Shown in pieces: positions 23,645 to 36,541 of a stretch of DNA of 64,000 bases. This stretch comes from Octopus sinensis (lineage: Eukaryota). Position numbers and translations under genes: made by a program. The stretch spans positions 31,992,001 to 32,056,000 of the forward strand of contig NC_043003.1 of assembly GCF_006345805.1 (NCBI RefSeq), read 5' to 3'. The notes below the pieces were generated by a model. That model saw only the letters and a program-made list of their open reading frames with translations. It was not told the origin of the DNA and ran no database searches. Numbering within the stretch: position 1 is the stretch's first letter; each line of letters starts with the position of its first letter.

Positions 23645-26400
23645 TAAATAGATCGAGAAGGTTAACGACAATAAAATTCGATATGTTATGATGTGAAATG
23701 ATAAGAGATTACACGAAAGCGTGTAAACAGTAACATAACAAGTAAAAAAAACGACAAATAATCAAATAAGAAAAATGCACACGGGACATCCAAATACAGC
23801 TCCTGCAAATTCCACAAAACTACAGACAAGCTGAGCACTAGGCAACTGATGTTTCTGCATCGTCCTCCTGCTATATGTAGGCGTAGTCGCGGAGCAGATC
23901 CGCTCGCTTGGACAATTTTTGTCAATCACACCCACCTTCCAACAAGCCTAGAAATCTGCACTTCTCTCTCCACCCTCAGTTTCCTTCCGTGTTCAAGTTG
24001 AACTTGAAAAAGTTGAAAGGAGCTTCGCCAAATGGGAAGGTGTTTATCTTCATTCTCTGAATCTGGTCTACCGCATAACCTCTTTCGGAAGGCTACTAGA
24101 CAAACAAACAGCAGCTTTCCTTCCCGGTCGAATGAAGGCGGCAGGGATCTTCATAATGGACTTAACCAATAGCCCGTTGTATCCTACATGCGACCATGTC
24201 TTCGACATAAACTCAAGAGTCAGCAATGCCCAAACATTGGGTAGGTCCACACAGAAAGGTTTCATCGCTTTGATTGCATATCAGTTAGGTTTTACCGAGT
24301 TACATTCGTGTCTGTATTTTACCGAAACTGGCAATATTCGGCGGCAGACCTCTCAAGTCGGAGATTTCTGAAGCTTTTCCATGGCCCGCAGCCCGAAAGT
24401 ACCCCGGAGTACACAAGCCAGTTCATTTTCGTTGATGATGCACTATCCCTTAGAGAATGTAGCCGCTCTTGTCTTCCTCTGAATTTCGATAGAATGCCTA
24501 TGTTTAACGACTGACGACATGACCCGACGGAAAGAGGGCTCTGAGCGCCTGCTGGCACAGTATATACGAACCACCCTGTCGCAATCTACTCTAGAAACAA
24601 AACTGCAACTCAGCAAAGTGTGAGAAAGAGCAACCAGACCAGACCACAGCCAAGGAAACAAATGAGTGGTCGCTACCTCAACACAAGTCTACGCATCATC
24701 AGCCACAGTATGCCCAGTCCTCCACTTAGCAGGTGTTGACAACAAACGGAGCGCCTGAATAGCAGGACACGTAACTTCTGCATGAAACAGAAGTGTAGGC
24801 ACTCATGTCCAGTCAGACGTGAACTACAACAAGGCACGACAATCAGGCAGTAACATACAGAGTTGATACATGCATTCATCTTCTTTACTTGGCCTTCATG
24901 GTTCTCTCTCTTTCTCTCTCACTTTCTCACGCCTTAGAGTGAGATTCGGTCAATTACTCGTCACCTCGTCTAGTTCCCCATCTCTTGGTTGATTATTGGT
25001 CTTGTCATTGTCTAGTATTACCTAAGAGCAGTGCCGATCGAGTCCGTGAAGCTAGTATCTGATTATACCACAGTGACTTCGCACTCAGATGCTGCCACGT
25101 CATAGTACGCGAGGCTGGTCCCTCGACGCCTCCAGCCTCCACAGTAGGAGCTCTAAGCCATTACAGACAAAACATATTCTGCAGACTGATTCCGAAAGCT
25201 GATCATTCAATCGAACTACTGAGCAGATTTTGCAGTACATTTTGGCAATCCAACTGCGGAAGACGGAACTGCAACTGGCAGTCGTTTCAAGACACGCCAA
25301 CCGTTGCTTATCATCCTTATCGCAAGCGATAGATCGAGCGCATCCATACTACATTCTTTAATTTATGGGATGAAATGGAGGGCATCGTGTATAGATATAG
25401 CTGGGATGGCGACTCCTTGTGCATCCCTAACCAGACCATGGAAGACAAGTACCACTTCCTTTGCTAACAAATTTTGAAATCTGCACTTAGCAGATTTATA
25501 GGCCTAAATTATCTATTTGATCTCTCTTCTTTGGGCACTGATCAATAGTGCTACCGCTGTTGGAGTCACAGTTCTAAGAATTTTCCCGTTCTGCTGCCAT
25601 TTATAGAATATATCTGCCAAGAAACCTCTAAAAAACTATGGCACATTTATGTTCGTAAGAAAGACAATCCACACCAGACGATTTGCCCAATCGTCACTTC
25701 CATTGTTTCAGTAGTTGCTTTCAGCTTTTTACAATACTTCGTCTCCCATGCCAAGAGTTATGCCAGGTCTTCGAAATAGATACTGATATCCATCCTCCGT
25801 TTCAGCCCACCATTCGTCTCAAACAATCGAGTAAATTGCTGATGAAATCACAAACACATTTCCTCCATTCTGTGTAATCAGCACGCCACAGACAGTCCAG
25901 CTGTGCATCCTCAATGGCCTTGCAATCGCCTACTAGCACAAAAGAGCGGGACGTTTCCAGGAAAACCTCCAGTCATATGAAAATAATGGTTACTTTTCAC
26001 ATCCAGGACCACTATCTTAACTTCTGGAGGTAAGGAGATGGTCCGAATTTCCAGATCCAGTCTATTCCGAAAAAATACCGTAACTGCGCTTTCCATTGAC
26101 TTTCGACATGAAGATAAGCAAATCGCGTACCCACAGAAATAGAGAGAAACTCTTGTGGACCTAAAGCTCTGCTACTACATCTACATCTAGTGTCCTTGTT
26201 GAGCTGATGACGCTGCTTCTAAAGTGTATTTACACAGACTATTCTGTGCACAGCCATGTCTCAGAAGATTGAGTGAGAAAAAGGATCACTTACTTCATTC
26301 CAGTCGAGGGACAGGCTTTTCCTCCTATTTGATAACTTCGGTTATTTCCAGGAGCAGTCGTTTATATAGTCATTGTTTTATAATACCCTTGAAGTCCCCC
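23645..26400 (-). mobile_element. Tx1/L1-clade LINE ORF2 remnant (EN - RT - C-terminus)
   Basis: ORF 25911-26096 LDLEIRTISLPPEVKIVVLDVK (EN); DNFRPINLLSADFK; SSVFRSWIAKMY..SVVRLN; ASECEVT (decayed YADDVT). ORF 24068-24265 is paralogous to the C-terminus at ~17850-18000. Confidence 0.75.
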
Positions 26401-26429
26401 AAATCTTTAGGGTAGCTATTGTTTTAAGA

Positions 26430-27300
26430 AGCTGCATGTTGTGAAATTTGGATAATGTTTATGTGTGTTGGTATGCTAATGGTTAATGTGTTGAGGTTAC
26501 TGATTATGATGCTTGAACTTTAGCGAATGTGACCAATTAGGTTTTTTTTCGGAATTTGTGGTAAAGATGATGGAATTAGTAAATTCTTTTATGTTCGTGA
26601 TGGAGATGTGTTCTGAATGTTGGCGTGTATGAATTTGTTGATCTCCTATTTGTGATGATGCTGCCTACGATAGCTTTGATGACAGTGATGGGTATGATGG
26701 CGCTGAGAGTGCTACTGTATTTGCTCGTGGAGGTGGTATTGATACATGGTTGTGCGAAGATATATTTCCCATTTGTTGCTAACACCCAAATATTTTTATC
26801 AGTGTATATTTGTTTGTTTTTAATATTTTTTCCTTTGTTACTTTTTCCCATTTGGCGCCCTACTCGTTGGATTTGCTGCATGACATGTCTGTGTCGTTTG
26901 AGTTTAGGAAGTCCATGTGTTGGGAAGGTTTATGTTGTTCTTTTGGTGATATAGTTCTTGCTGTGGTAGGATTGCCCTGTAAATTCTGCACTTACTGTTG
27001 TTGCTGTTCTTGCAGCTGTTTTCGCAGCTGCTGGTTGTACTCTTTCTGTCACTGGTGCCGTTTTTTTATCGCCTTTTGGTGCTGCTGGTACTGTTTTCGC
27101 TGTTGATAATGATGTATTGGATGTAGTGTGGATGTCGGCAGAGGTGGCAGTCTTTCTTGTTCTTTTACTGTGGACAGAAAGCTTTGGGATGCATTTTATG
27201 AAAGCACACACATTGGACAATGTAGATATAAATAAACAGGTAAGGTTGGTGGTCATATCTTGAAGGTCGTAGACCATGTAATGTGGGGTGAAATATAACA
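26430..27300 (-). mobile_element. Penelope-like element 3' fragment (T/A/K-rich linker + decayed GIY-YIG)
   Basis: ORF 26930-27301 gives a low-complexity T/A/K linker. ORF 26576-26881 gives CINT..SKY..IVGS..TFR..HEHKR, resembling C.T..IY..YVGST..HTSTFRHEHKR. Confidence 0.4.
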
Positions 27301-27907
27301 ATGTAACAATATAACAAGGTCAATTCAGTCCTAGATAAAAATAAAATTTACAAAAAGATATCCCTCAAATTGTTCCACGACATTATCACTGTTCATATCC
27401 TTAGGAACCCACTTCCATTCAATCAAATTGCAGTGTTTTCAAACGAACAAATACATTACGATATAAACCGACTAACATAAGCTTACAATAAAAGCATTGG
27501 AAGAATAACTACTAACAATTACCATCAGTTTTCAATTACTTTAGGAAATATTTAACAAATAGCGGTTAAGCTCGCTTTTGTGTACAAATGCATGAATTAT
27601 TTTGAAGCAAATAGGCAATAGAAATAATTGAAAATAGTATACTCTTAAATGTCCTGGACTTCCTATTAGGTATAAGTGTATTATTAGATATGTCACAAAC
27701 ATAGAACAATTATACTTTTGAAGAATATCATATTTATAATAATACAAAATCAGTTACACATAATCTCAAATTGATACGGCACAAGGCTATCAATTTGCGC
27801 AGTCATTTAAATGCTGTAGTCATTTGAACGTATTCTCTCAGCTCGTTCAAGTTGACATCAAAAGATGTATGTATGTATGTTTGTATATGTGTATGCATAT
27901 TTATTTT

Positions 27908-27978
27908 GGTGCTATTAAGTTAGACATGGCCTGGGCCAATAATGGCCGAAACCTATCAAAGTATCAAAGTATCAAAGT
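27908..27978 (+). repeat. Short dispersed repeat with stem-loop + GAAAC and a tandem tail, copy 1
   Basis: ggtgctattaagttagacatggcctgg.cca....tgg.cgaaac is shared with 63909-63978. Confidence 0.85.
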
Positions 27979-28404
27979 ATGTACGCATATTTGTACGTAA
28001 TGTATGCATATATAAATATGTGTATGCGTGGATACTCAATATAATCATAGAAGTTCGATTCGCAACCAGGTACGTCCGGGATTGGTCATATTGCGCAGCA
28101 CCCTTAGCAGGTGATTTTTGGTATAATCCCAGAGAATGAGATATCTAGGTCGGGTCGGTAACACACCTACCGTGTACAAACAATGTATAACGACAAATAC
28201 GTACTCAGTAATGTAAATACAGATTTGTTCTCTCGTTACACATACACTCATAAAAGGATGACTGAACACAGAACGAGTCATCAAGGCCACACATGGATAC
28301 GCTCACCGCACCTATTACACCGCCGTCTATAGGCTCTTGAACAAAACAAATTGGAGGTACTGAACAGGGTGACAGATAAATAATAACAGCTGGACTTTGA
28401 TTCA

Positions 28405-28538
28405 CTACATACATACATGCATACATATATACATACATACATACATACATACATACATACATACATAATGCATACATACATACATACATACATACATACA
28501 TACATACATACATACATACATACATACATACATACATA
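28405..28538. repeat. (ATAC)n microsatellite
   Basis: Directly visible. Confidence 0.97.
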
Positions 28539-29629
28539 CGGCTATATGAATTGATTGAAATCAAAGAATTAAATCATTTTACTGTGAAGCAACTACGCCA
28601 ACAAGCAACATTTGTAGAACATAGAAAGGTTAGTAACTGTAACTTTATTTTTAAACAGATGGAAATTCAACATTTTTCCCAACTCTAGAAGCAAAAATGA
28701 AACCGAGAATGATAGAAGACCACGATGTGGTTTCGCAGCTAGTAACATTGCAACAGATTCCATAGTGCCTGCCAGCCAAACTACATTACTGGCTCAAGTA
28801 AATGACCACTGTCCCTCTACTACTACTACCACTATGGTAAATAGGAAGCACAACCACAACAATTATTGTAGCAGTAGTGGTAGTCAGGATTATATGCAAG
28901 AGAAATGTGCCCTTCCTGAAATTTTCTGAGGAAAAATAACTTTGGCTTTGAAGTACTCTCTCGATGAGAGAGTATTCTCTACTAAAGTAAAAAAAACCCC
29001 ACTATATACGGTATTAAAAGCTGTTAACGAAATTGGTGATGAATATATACAACAGTGTGATGAATCCACATATTGGCAGGTTAATACCTGTCCATATGCT
29101 CTGGCTACTACCGTGAAACAGTACATGAATAATATTTAAAAAGTAAACGAAACCGAAATAACAACGAATGCACCATCATGACATTTGAAAAGAGAGAAAA
29201 AACATAAGTGGTTTACGTAAGACCATCAGTCATGTATTGATGCTTATTGCATGCAAACAAGCAAAATAACTATACGTCACACCGACAGAAAATAAAGGAA
29301 ATAGAAATGATGTTTGGAGATAGCAAAAAGAAGACTCTCACTTGCAAACTGATTAACCTCAAGCAGGATCTAAAAGCTGTCAGTGAAAAACTCCGACATC
29401 AGAAGTGAATGACCGACAGAAGAACAATAAACAAAAATTTTAACCGCAACCAGGCAGCAGTATATAGGGAGGAGCAGTAAACATCACGGAAGCCCCTTCA
29501 CAAGAAAATATAGACTCCTTCTGGAGGAAAATCTGGAGTGAAGAGAAGGAATTTAACCAAGATGTTCTGTGTCTGGAGGAAATCCGAAAATGTTATTGTT
29601 CCTGCGTTACATCCAAGACATGCAACATT

Positions 29630-29841
29630 CTTTTCTACTCTAGGCACGAGGCCCAAAATTCTGGAGGAGGGAGCCAGTCGATTAGATCGACCTCAGTACG
29701 TAACTGGTACTTAATTTATCGACCCTGAAAGGATGAAAGGCAAAGTCGATCTCGGCAAAATATGAACTCAGAACGTAAAGACAGACGAAATACCACTAAG
29801 CATTTCGCCCGGCGTGCTAACATTTCTGCCAGCTCGCCGTC
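29630..29841 (-). mobile_element. tRNA-derived SINE (octopus-type family B) inserted in the R4 element, with an 18-bp TSD
   Basis: Minus strand reads gacggcgagctggcagaaatgttagcacgccgggcgaaatgcttag..gttctgagttca..cctttcatcctttcagggtcgataaattaagtaccag. Flanked by tccaagacat(g/a)caacatt at 29612-29629 and 29842-29859. Confidence 0.9.
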
Positions 29842-30147
29842 TCCAAGACATACAACATTGATGGTGAAACTCTTTCAACTGTGATCCAGAAATCCCAGGA
29901 TGGAAAACCACCTGGAACAGACTTGATGGTTGGATTTTGGTACAAGAAGCAAACATTCTACCGACCATATCTTACCAATCTGTACCTGCAAGCTTTTATT
30001 GGGAACAGTAGCACTGGTTAGCTCTGGCAGAGACAAAATTGATGTCCAAATGCAGAACCACGCACATGGCAAAACATCACCGGCCAATTGCATGCCAAAT
30101 GTATAAGACATACACAGCATGCTTAAACCTCTTCCTCCAGGACCATT

Positions 30148-32097
30148 GTGAAACTAATAACATTATCACAGCAGACCAAGAAGCTGGGAAGCCTGAGAAT
30201 GTGCCGAGCAATTGTTAATCAACAAAACTGTGATGCCAGAGGTGCGAGTGCATACGAGGATCTAGATTCAATGTGGCTAGACTATAAAAAAGCCTTTGAC
30301 TCTGTTCCCCACTCATGGATGCTAGAAGCTCTTCAACTTGCTAAAGTTCCATTGAGAATAGTCAAAGCCATAGCTGACCTGACTTCATCGTGGGTTACCA
30401 TCTTGCAATTAAGCACAAAGAGCGACTGTATTATCGCCGATAGAATAAAGTATCGCAAAGGCTTATTCCAAGGAGACAGTTTCTCTGTGATGTTGTTTAT
30501 ACTTTCTGTAAACTCTTTGTTATTTATGCTTAGAAAGTCTGAAGGATATCTCACTGGTTCACAAGGAAACGGGAATACCAAAATTACACACTGTTTCTTT
30601 GTAGATAACTTAAAACTTTATGCAAAGAATATGCATGAGATGTAACAGAGCCTTGATTTAGTTACATCATTCTCAAAGGATGAAGGGTTGCAGTTTGATC
30701 AGGATAAATGTTACATGTTTGTGAAAAGGGGGAAAACTATAGACCAAACTAGTAACATCTCCATCAATGATTTGACTGTTTACCTTGTGTCTGACAAGAA
30801 ATGTTACAGGTATCTAGGAGTGGATGAAAATATATCTTACTATGGCACCCGTAACAAAACACGTTTCACTAAAGAATATAACAGCCGGAAAAAGGAGATT
30901 TGGACCTCAGAACTTTCTGCATTCAATGAAACAGTGGCCTACAATGTGTTTGCAGTACCAGTACTGATAACAACATTTGGGATGCTTGACTGGACGCTTT
31001 GTGTGATCCGAGCCATTGATGTGAAAACCCGAAAAATACTAACAAGCACGCATAATTTCTACATAAAAATGACGTAGACCGCCGAGGCTTAACATTGATC
31101 CAAAATGCCTTTCAATGTCGTATCATAACCCTTCAGTAACATCTTTTAACCACTAAGTATCTAAGTGTATCCCTTGATCAAGTTTGCATACAAGAGATGA
31201 TAACATCATAAGTCATGGAAGGCAGCACCTTGAGCAATACTCTTTGTCTGATAACCTAGAATACATGCCCAAAGAAGTTGCACGACTCTACCGCAACGTA
31301 TCATCATATGAAAGGATGAGGCTATATGAACAGAAGACTATGCGTGGATATGTTACTAGAAAGCTCCATGATGATAGCAACATCAATCATCAAAGCAGTT
31401 TATCATGGACCAATAGCCGGATTACTACCTCCCAATCTGAAGGGTATGCGTTTGCAATCCAGGAACAGGAAACATCAACCTAGTTCCTGATGCACAAAAG
31501 GGATAGAGACGCAGGAAAAGCCGTAAAATGTAACAACCGATGCAGACATTGTGGTGTTCACACTGAAGATATCATATCACCAACATCTTAATCAGTTGTC
31601 CGAAAATGTCATCACGGTATTATCTACCGATGAGATATAACATTGTAGCTAGGACGCTCCATAATGAAATCAGTCGGAGGGATAATCCCGAGGACAAAGA
31701 AATAAGAACTCACAATATGGTAGACACCATAACCACTCAGAATAATAACGAATACTGGTGGAATGTACCAGTAAATACTTCAATAAAAATTAAGCACAAC
31801 AGACCTGATATAATGATTTGGGATAGAGAAGAGAAACTGTGCACAATTGTGGAAATTAGCTGCCCAGCGGATGTTAACATAAAGCTGAAGATCAGTGTAA
31901 AAGAGAACACCCATGCTGAAATAGTGAGAAATCTGCAGTTACTCCATCGAGAATACAAGTTCATGTTTGTACCTGTAATTTTTGGGAATCTGGTATATTT
32001 AACACACTGCCTAAATACCAGTCTTGAGAAATTAGTCTTTTCAAAAACAGAAAGGAGAAAGCTAATTCGAAGACTACAGATCCAACTGGAACTGTGA
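30148..32097 (+). pseudogene. Broken RT-Zn-RLE reading frame of the R4/Dong-type element
   Basis: Four successive track ORFs are separated by stops and frameshifts. The catalytic YMDD-type motif is altered to FVDN. Confidence 0.85.
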
Positions 32098-32159
32098 AAA
32101 TCTAAAAACTTTCCAGACGTTTAGCATTTAAAAATATATGAGCATGTCTAGATATGCAA

Positions 32160-32397
32160 CTATATGCATGAGAATACATACATATATACATACATACACA
32201 CATATATACATACATACATACATACATGCATACATGTATACATACATACATATATACAAACAAACATACGTGCATACAAACAAAAGTACCTTTTGTTGAT
32301 GTTGAAATTCTAATGAAGGAACCTTGGATCCGGGTTTCTCTATTGGCAAATCTTGAAATAAGCTGAATAATAGCATACATACATGCACACACACACA

Positions 32398-32490
<93 letters not shown>
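32160..32490. repeat. (ATAC)n-like, (CA)n and (TA)n microsatellites
   Basis: Directly visible. A long (CA)n lies at ~32380-32475. Confidence 0.95.
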
Positions 32491-33254
32491 TCATGGCTTT
32501 ATATATGGATATATTGTTTGCCTTAGTGTGTGTACAATGTTGACGGTGATGGTATTAATAACCTAGTTTGTATTCGATGAACTTTATACCAATATCGGTC
32601 TTCACGCAAAGTTATTAAATTAAACATATGAAAGTTTTGCAGTCGTGCCATTGCTTGCAGCACTAAGCTAAACAGATTGTTATACAAATAACTTATACCT
32701 TGGATTCTTGCCCATAAATTGTCGATTGCTTCTGGACCAGCCATACAATACAATGCAGTTGACATAATGTTACACATCATCCATGTCCCTCTAAATATAA
32801 CCCACTCAATACACAAATTTATTACTTACCAATATAATCCAAAGCACGCAATAAAAAATGTCGACATTTATAACAGTCCTTTTAATAATTGAAATAACAA
32901 CTGTAATTTCACACTATAAATCGTATTCAAATATAAATATTTACGAAGGCAATAAATGACTTTTGTATAACTGAATAATGATGTAACATGCTGAAGTGTC
33001 AACAAAGTTATCGTAAATTAGACCCAGTCGATGGCTGATTCCGTTTATGCTTTGTAATTAGGGCAACGCTTCATATAAATTCATATACAGAAATTCATCT
33101 GGCAGTTTGCCATTAATAAAATTTCACAATCATAAGTGTAACGGCGTACGAATAACCATGTTTATATACCTGAGCAGCTGGGATAAATTTCATTTTCGTG
33201 TTACATGCAACATAATCAGTTAAATACTGGGAGCTAATTATGGTTTCAAATGTT

Positions 33255-33425
33255 GGCACAAGGTCAGTAACTTCGGGGAAGCGGGAATGTCGATTACATC
33301 AAGCTTCGGCGATCAACTGCTCCTTATTTTCTCGACATTGAAACGATGAAAGGCGAAGTTGTCCTCGGTGGAATTTGAAATCATAGCGTACAGCCGGATG
33401 AAATACCGCTAAGTATTTTGGCGGG
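33255..33425 (-). mobile_element. SINE family B, diverged copy
   Basis: ggcacaagg..gtcgattacatc..gatgaaaggcgaagttgtcctcggtggaatttgaa..gaaataccgctaag, homologous to 29643-29841. Confidence 0.7.
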
Positions 33426-33704
33426 GACGATAACGATTCTACAAGTTCACCGCATTAATACTGTGACTAATATTAAGAGGAATCTAACAGTTTCGCTGAT
33501 ATGCAGATATTTTTTAGAGAAAATGGACAATTATATTGTAAAATGTATGCCTTTCGAAAAGCATCAGATTCAAATTAATATGAATTCGATCAAGGCTTTG
33601 TATGCTTCATCATGATATTAACAAATGAAGGAGGCAGCGAAAGTAACTATATCCACTAAATCATTTAACCATTAGGGTATAAAGGCATTAAGCTAATTGA
33701 TTGT

Positions 33705-33905
33705 TACAAAGGAACAAGTCAAGGAAATCAGTGTATGGGCTTAGTCGATTAGATCAGCTTTATATGACGACGATTACGTTCTTTCATCAAATCTGGAAAG
33801 ACGAACGCAATTTGTTCTCAGCAGCAATTGAACTTAGAGCATAGTGAGTCAGAATAATTGCCACAAGATACGCTGTCAGGGCGCTCAAATGGTTTTTGCC
33901 GGATT
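33705..33905 (-). mobile_element. SINE family B, very diverged copy
   Basis: gtcgattagatc..gcaattgaacttagagc-like blocks. Confidence 0.35.
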
Positions 33906-34139
33906 ACCGCTTTTGAATTAGTTAAATGATACAAGAAATAACAGATGGTGATAGAAATGGGTATTAAACACACAACTGTATGTTATTATGAGGCCAAGAT
34001 TTTTCTTTACATATAATGTTGCTTTGAAATATACAAATGTGTGACTATATTATTTTCAGATAAAAGCGTGGTATATCAACAGTTCAAAGTATTAATGGCA
34101 ATTTTTTTTTCTTCTGTATATGCCATCGTGTTTTAATCA

Positions 34140-34326
34140 ATAATAATAATAATAATAATAATAATATAATAATAATAATAATAATAATAATATTTCCAAA
34201 TTTTGGCACAAGTCAAGAAAATTTAAGGGGAGGGGCTAGTCAATTAAATCTACACCAGTTTATTATTGGTATTTATTTTATAGAAGCAGAAGTGTGGAAA
34301 GGAAAGTTATATGAGTTTTTATTTTC

Positions 34327-34396
<70 letters not shown>

Positions 34397-34410
34397 TAAT
34401 AATAATATCT
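34140..34410. repeat. Two (AAT)n arrays flanking a SINE-B 3' fragment (34205-34295)
   Basis: Arrays are visible. The internal ggcacaagtcaagaaaatttaaggggaggggg..gtcaattaaatc resembles the family B tail. Confidence 0.8.
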
Positions 34411-35489
34411 AATAAAAAGTCAGCTAAAATAAAATACATTTACATAAGAAATTGTTAATACCATTAATACTATTAACAGTAATGATTCATAAGAATTCAT
34501 GGTCGAATCGATATACAACAGATGGTTATGTGCATTCAGTAACATAGGTAGTAAAGAACAATGCTCAAATGTACAGAAATAGCAATGAGAAATAAGAGCG
34601 CCAACAAACAATTCTCTATAGGGAAATATTCCATTTTCCAGGTTTATTTGATTGCTTTTAACAAAGAAACAAGAAATAAAAGCATAATGGTGCTGATTCT
34701 AAGATTCTGCAGCTCTTTTCAAACGAACGTCAGTCAAAGAAGTCTATAGCAATCCCAGGAGAGATACGAATTTCTTTTACTCTTCTCCATTCAGTTTATT
34801 GTATGTAAAATATTTTTCGGCCATCTTATCATGAAAAGAATGGACAGTTTTTTTCTTTGGTATAGCCTTTTTTGTCTTGCGATTGTTAGCATATTGTGAT
34901 TTACATCCAAAACATGAACTTAAATAGTAGATTTTTGGTTTTAGAAATCCTAGTCTGTAAATATATTCAATATTTGTTTTCGATTTCATTTTTTTTTTAC
35001 TTTTTCAAAATTTTATTTTGTTACATTTTCAGTTTTATATATACAAGTATTCTGTTTGTTAACAACGTAAAAGAACAATAACGTTTTTATTGCATGAGCA
35101 TATCGAGAAAAGAAAATTAAGTTGATGACAATATAGAAACATACAATGTAATATACCTACCCTAATAGATCCTGTAGTGTGGCAAGCCTAACTTTAACAT
35201 GGAAAGTTGGCGATCTTCATTTTCATCGGATTATCCGCTCGCTTGGTAATTGTTATAATATTTGGTGCGCCGTAATTTCTCCTCCCATTAATTAATAGCC
35301 AAATGCCTCCACACTCCCCTCGCGTGCAATCATATATCTCTGCGCAATGGTGTTACGTCAACAATGTCAGTACATACCATCGTGTCACGTAACAGATCCA
35401 TCGGTTCAGACGATATACTCGTATGTGTCTTGGCATAGAGGCTTCTAGCTCCTGTTTTGAAGTTAGCATTTTCACATAACAAATTTCAC

Positions 35490-35572
35490 CCATATATATA
35501 TATATACATACATATATATATATCTTTATATGCATATATATATGTGCATATATATACATATACATACATATA

Positions 35573-35653
<81 letters not shown>

Positions 35654-36277
35654 ATATATATATGGCATGAACGGAAGGTCGGTTTCAATGAGCAAATCTT
35701 TCTTTCGCATGCAAATATTGTATTGTGTAATACATAAAATGAAAAAGGCAATAGTTGATTTTACTTTGTTTTCTAAGAACCATTAAATCTACGGAATATG
35801 TTGATATCAAATAGCAAGATATAAGATGGCAGAGATATAAAAATCATAAAACATAGATATGTTTTGAGAAAATACATAAGAGTAATAAAGAATTTCAAAC
35901 TCTGTGCTATAATTCATCTATTGTAAGCAAAAAATATTTAAAAGAATGAATCGGAATATATCTCTAAATTTCCTTTAATATTAAATACAATTAAAACCCA
36001 AAAAGTGTTTGTTTTATTTCATTTTCTTAGAGATAATGATATAATGAGAGAAGAAGTATTTTACAAAATATGTAATTTAAAAATATTTACATAATTCTAT
36101 TAATATTAAGGCAACATGTACAATTACAATCAGTTTCTATGTATGAAAAAACTTATTTCTAGACAATATCAGCAATACACTCATACACGCACACATACAT
36201 ACATATATACATACATGCATACATACGTATACATACATTTGTATATACACACATGTATAGACATCTATAAATATTTG

Positions 36278-36332
<55 letters not shown>

Positions 36333-36450
36333 GTATATATTCATGTATATATATGATATTATATATACTATGTATATTATGTACATCTATCTCCATATGT
36401 ATATACATACATTTATATATATACATATATATGTATACACATATGTATAA

Positions 36451-36481
<31 letters not shown>

Positions 36482-36509
36482 TAGATAGATATATGTATAT
36501 ATGCATGTG

Positions 36510-36541
<32 letters not shown>

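Larger units (their letters stand above)
28060..32135 (+). mobile_element. Near full-length, disrupted R4/Dong-type (RLE) non-LTR retrotransposon
   Basis: N-terminal ELNHFTVKQLRQQATF and YSLDERVFSTKV. RT: WLDYKKAFDSVPHSW, GLFQGDSFS, HCFFVDNLKLYAK (30148-30645), YRYLGVDE (30688-31077). Later EGYAFAIQEQE, CRHCGVHTEDI (Zn) and RPDIMIWD..IVEISCP (RLE, 31606-32097). The 5' boundary is uncertain. Confidence 0.9.

Noticed and set aside
32699-32790. Candidate minus-strand exon GTWMMCNIMSTALYCMAGPEAIDNLWARIQ
   Set aside because: Weak acceptor and donor (gtataa), and no recognisable family.
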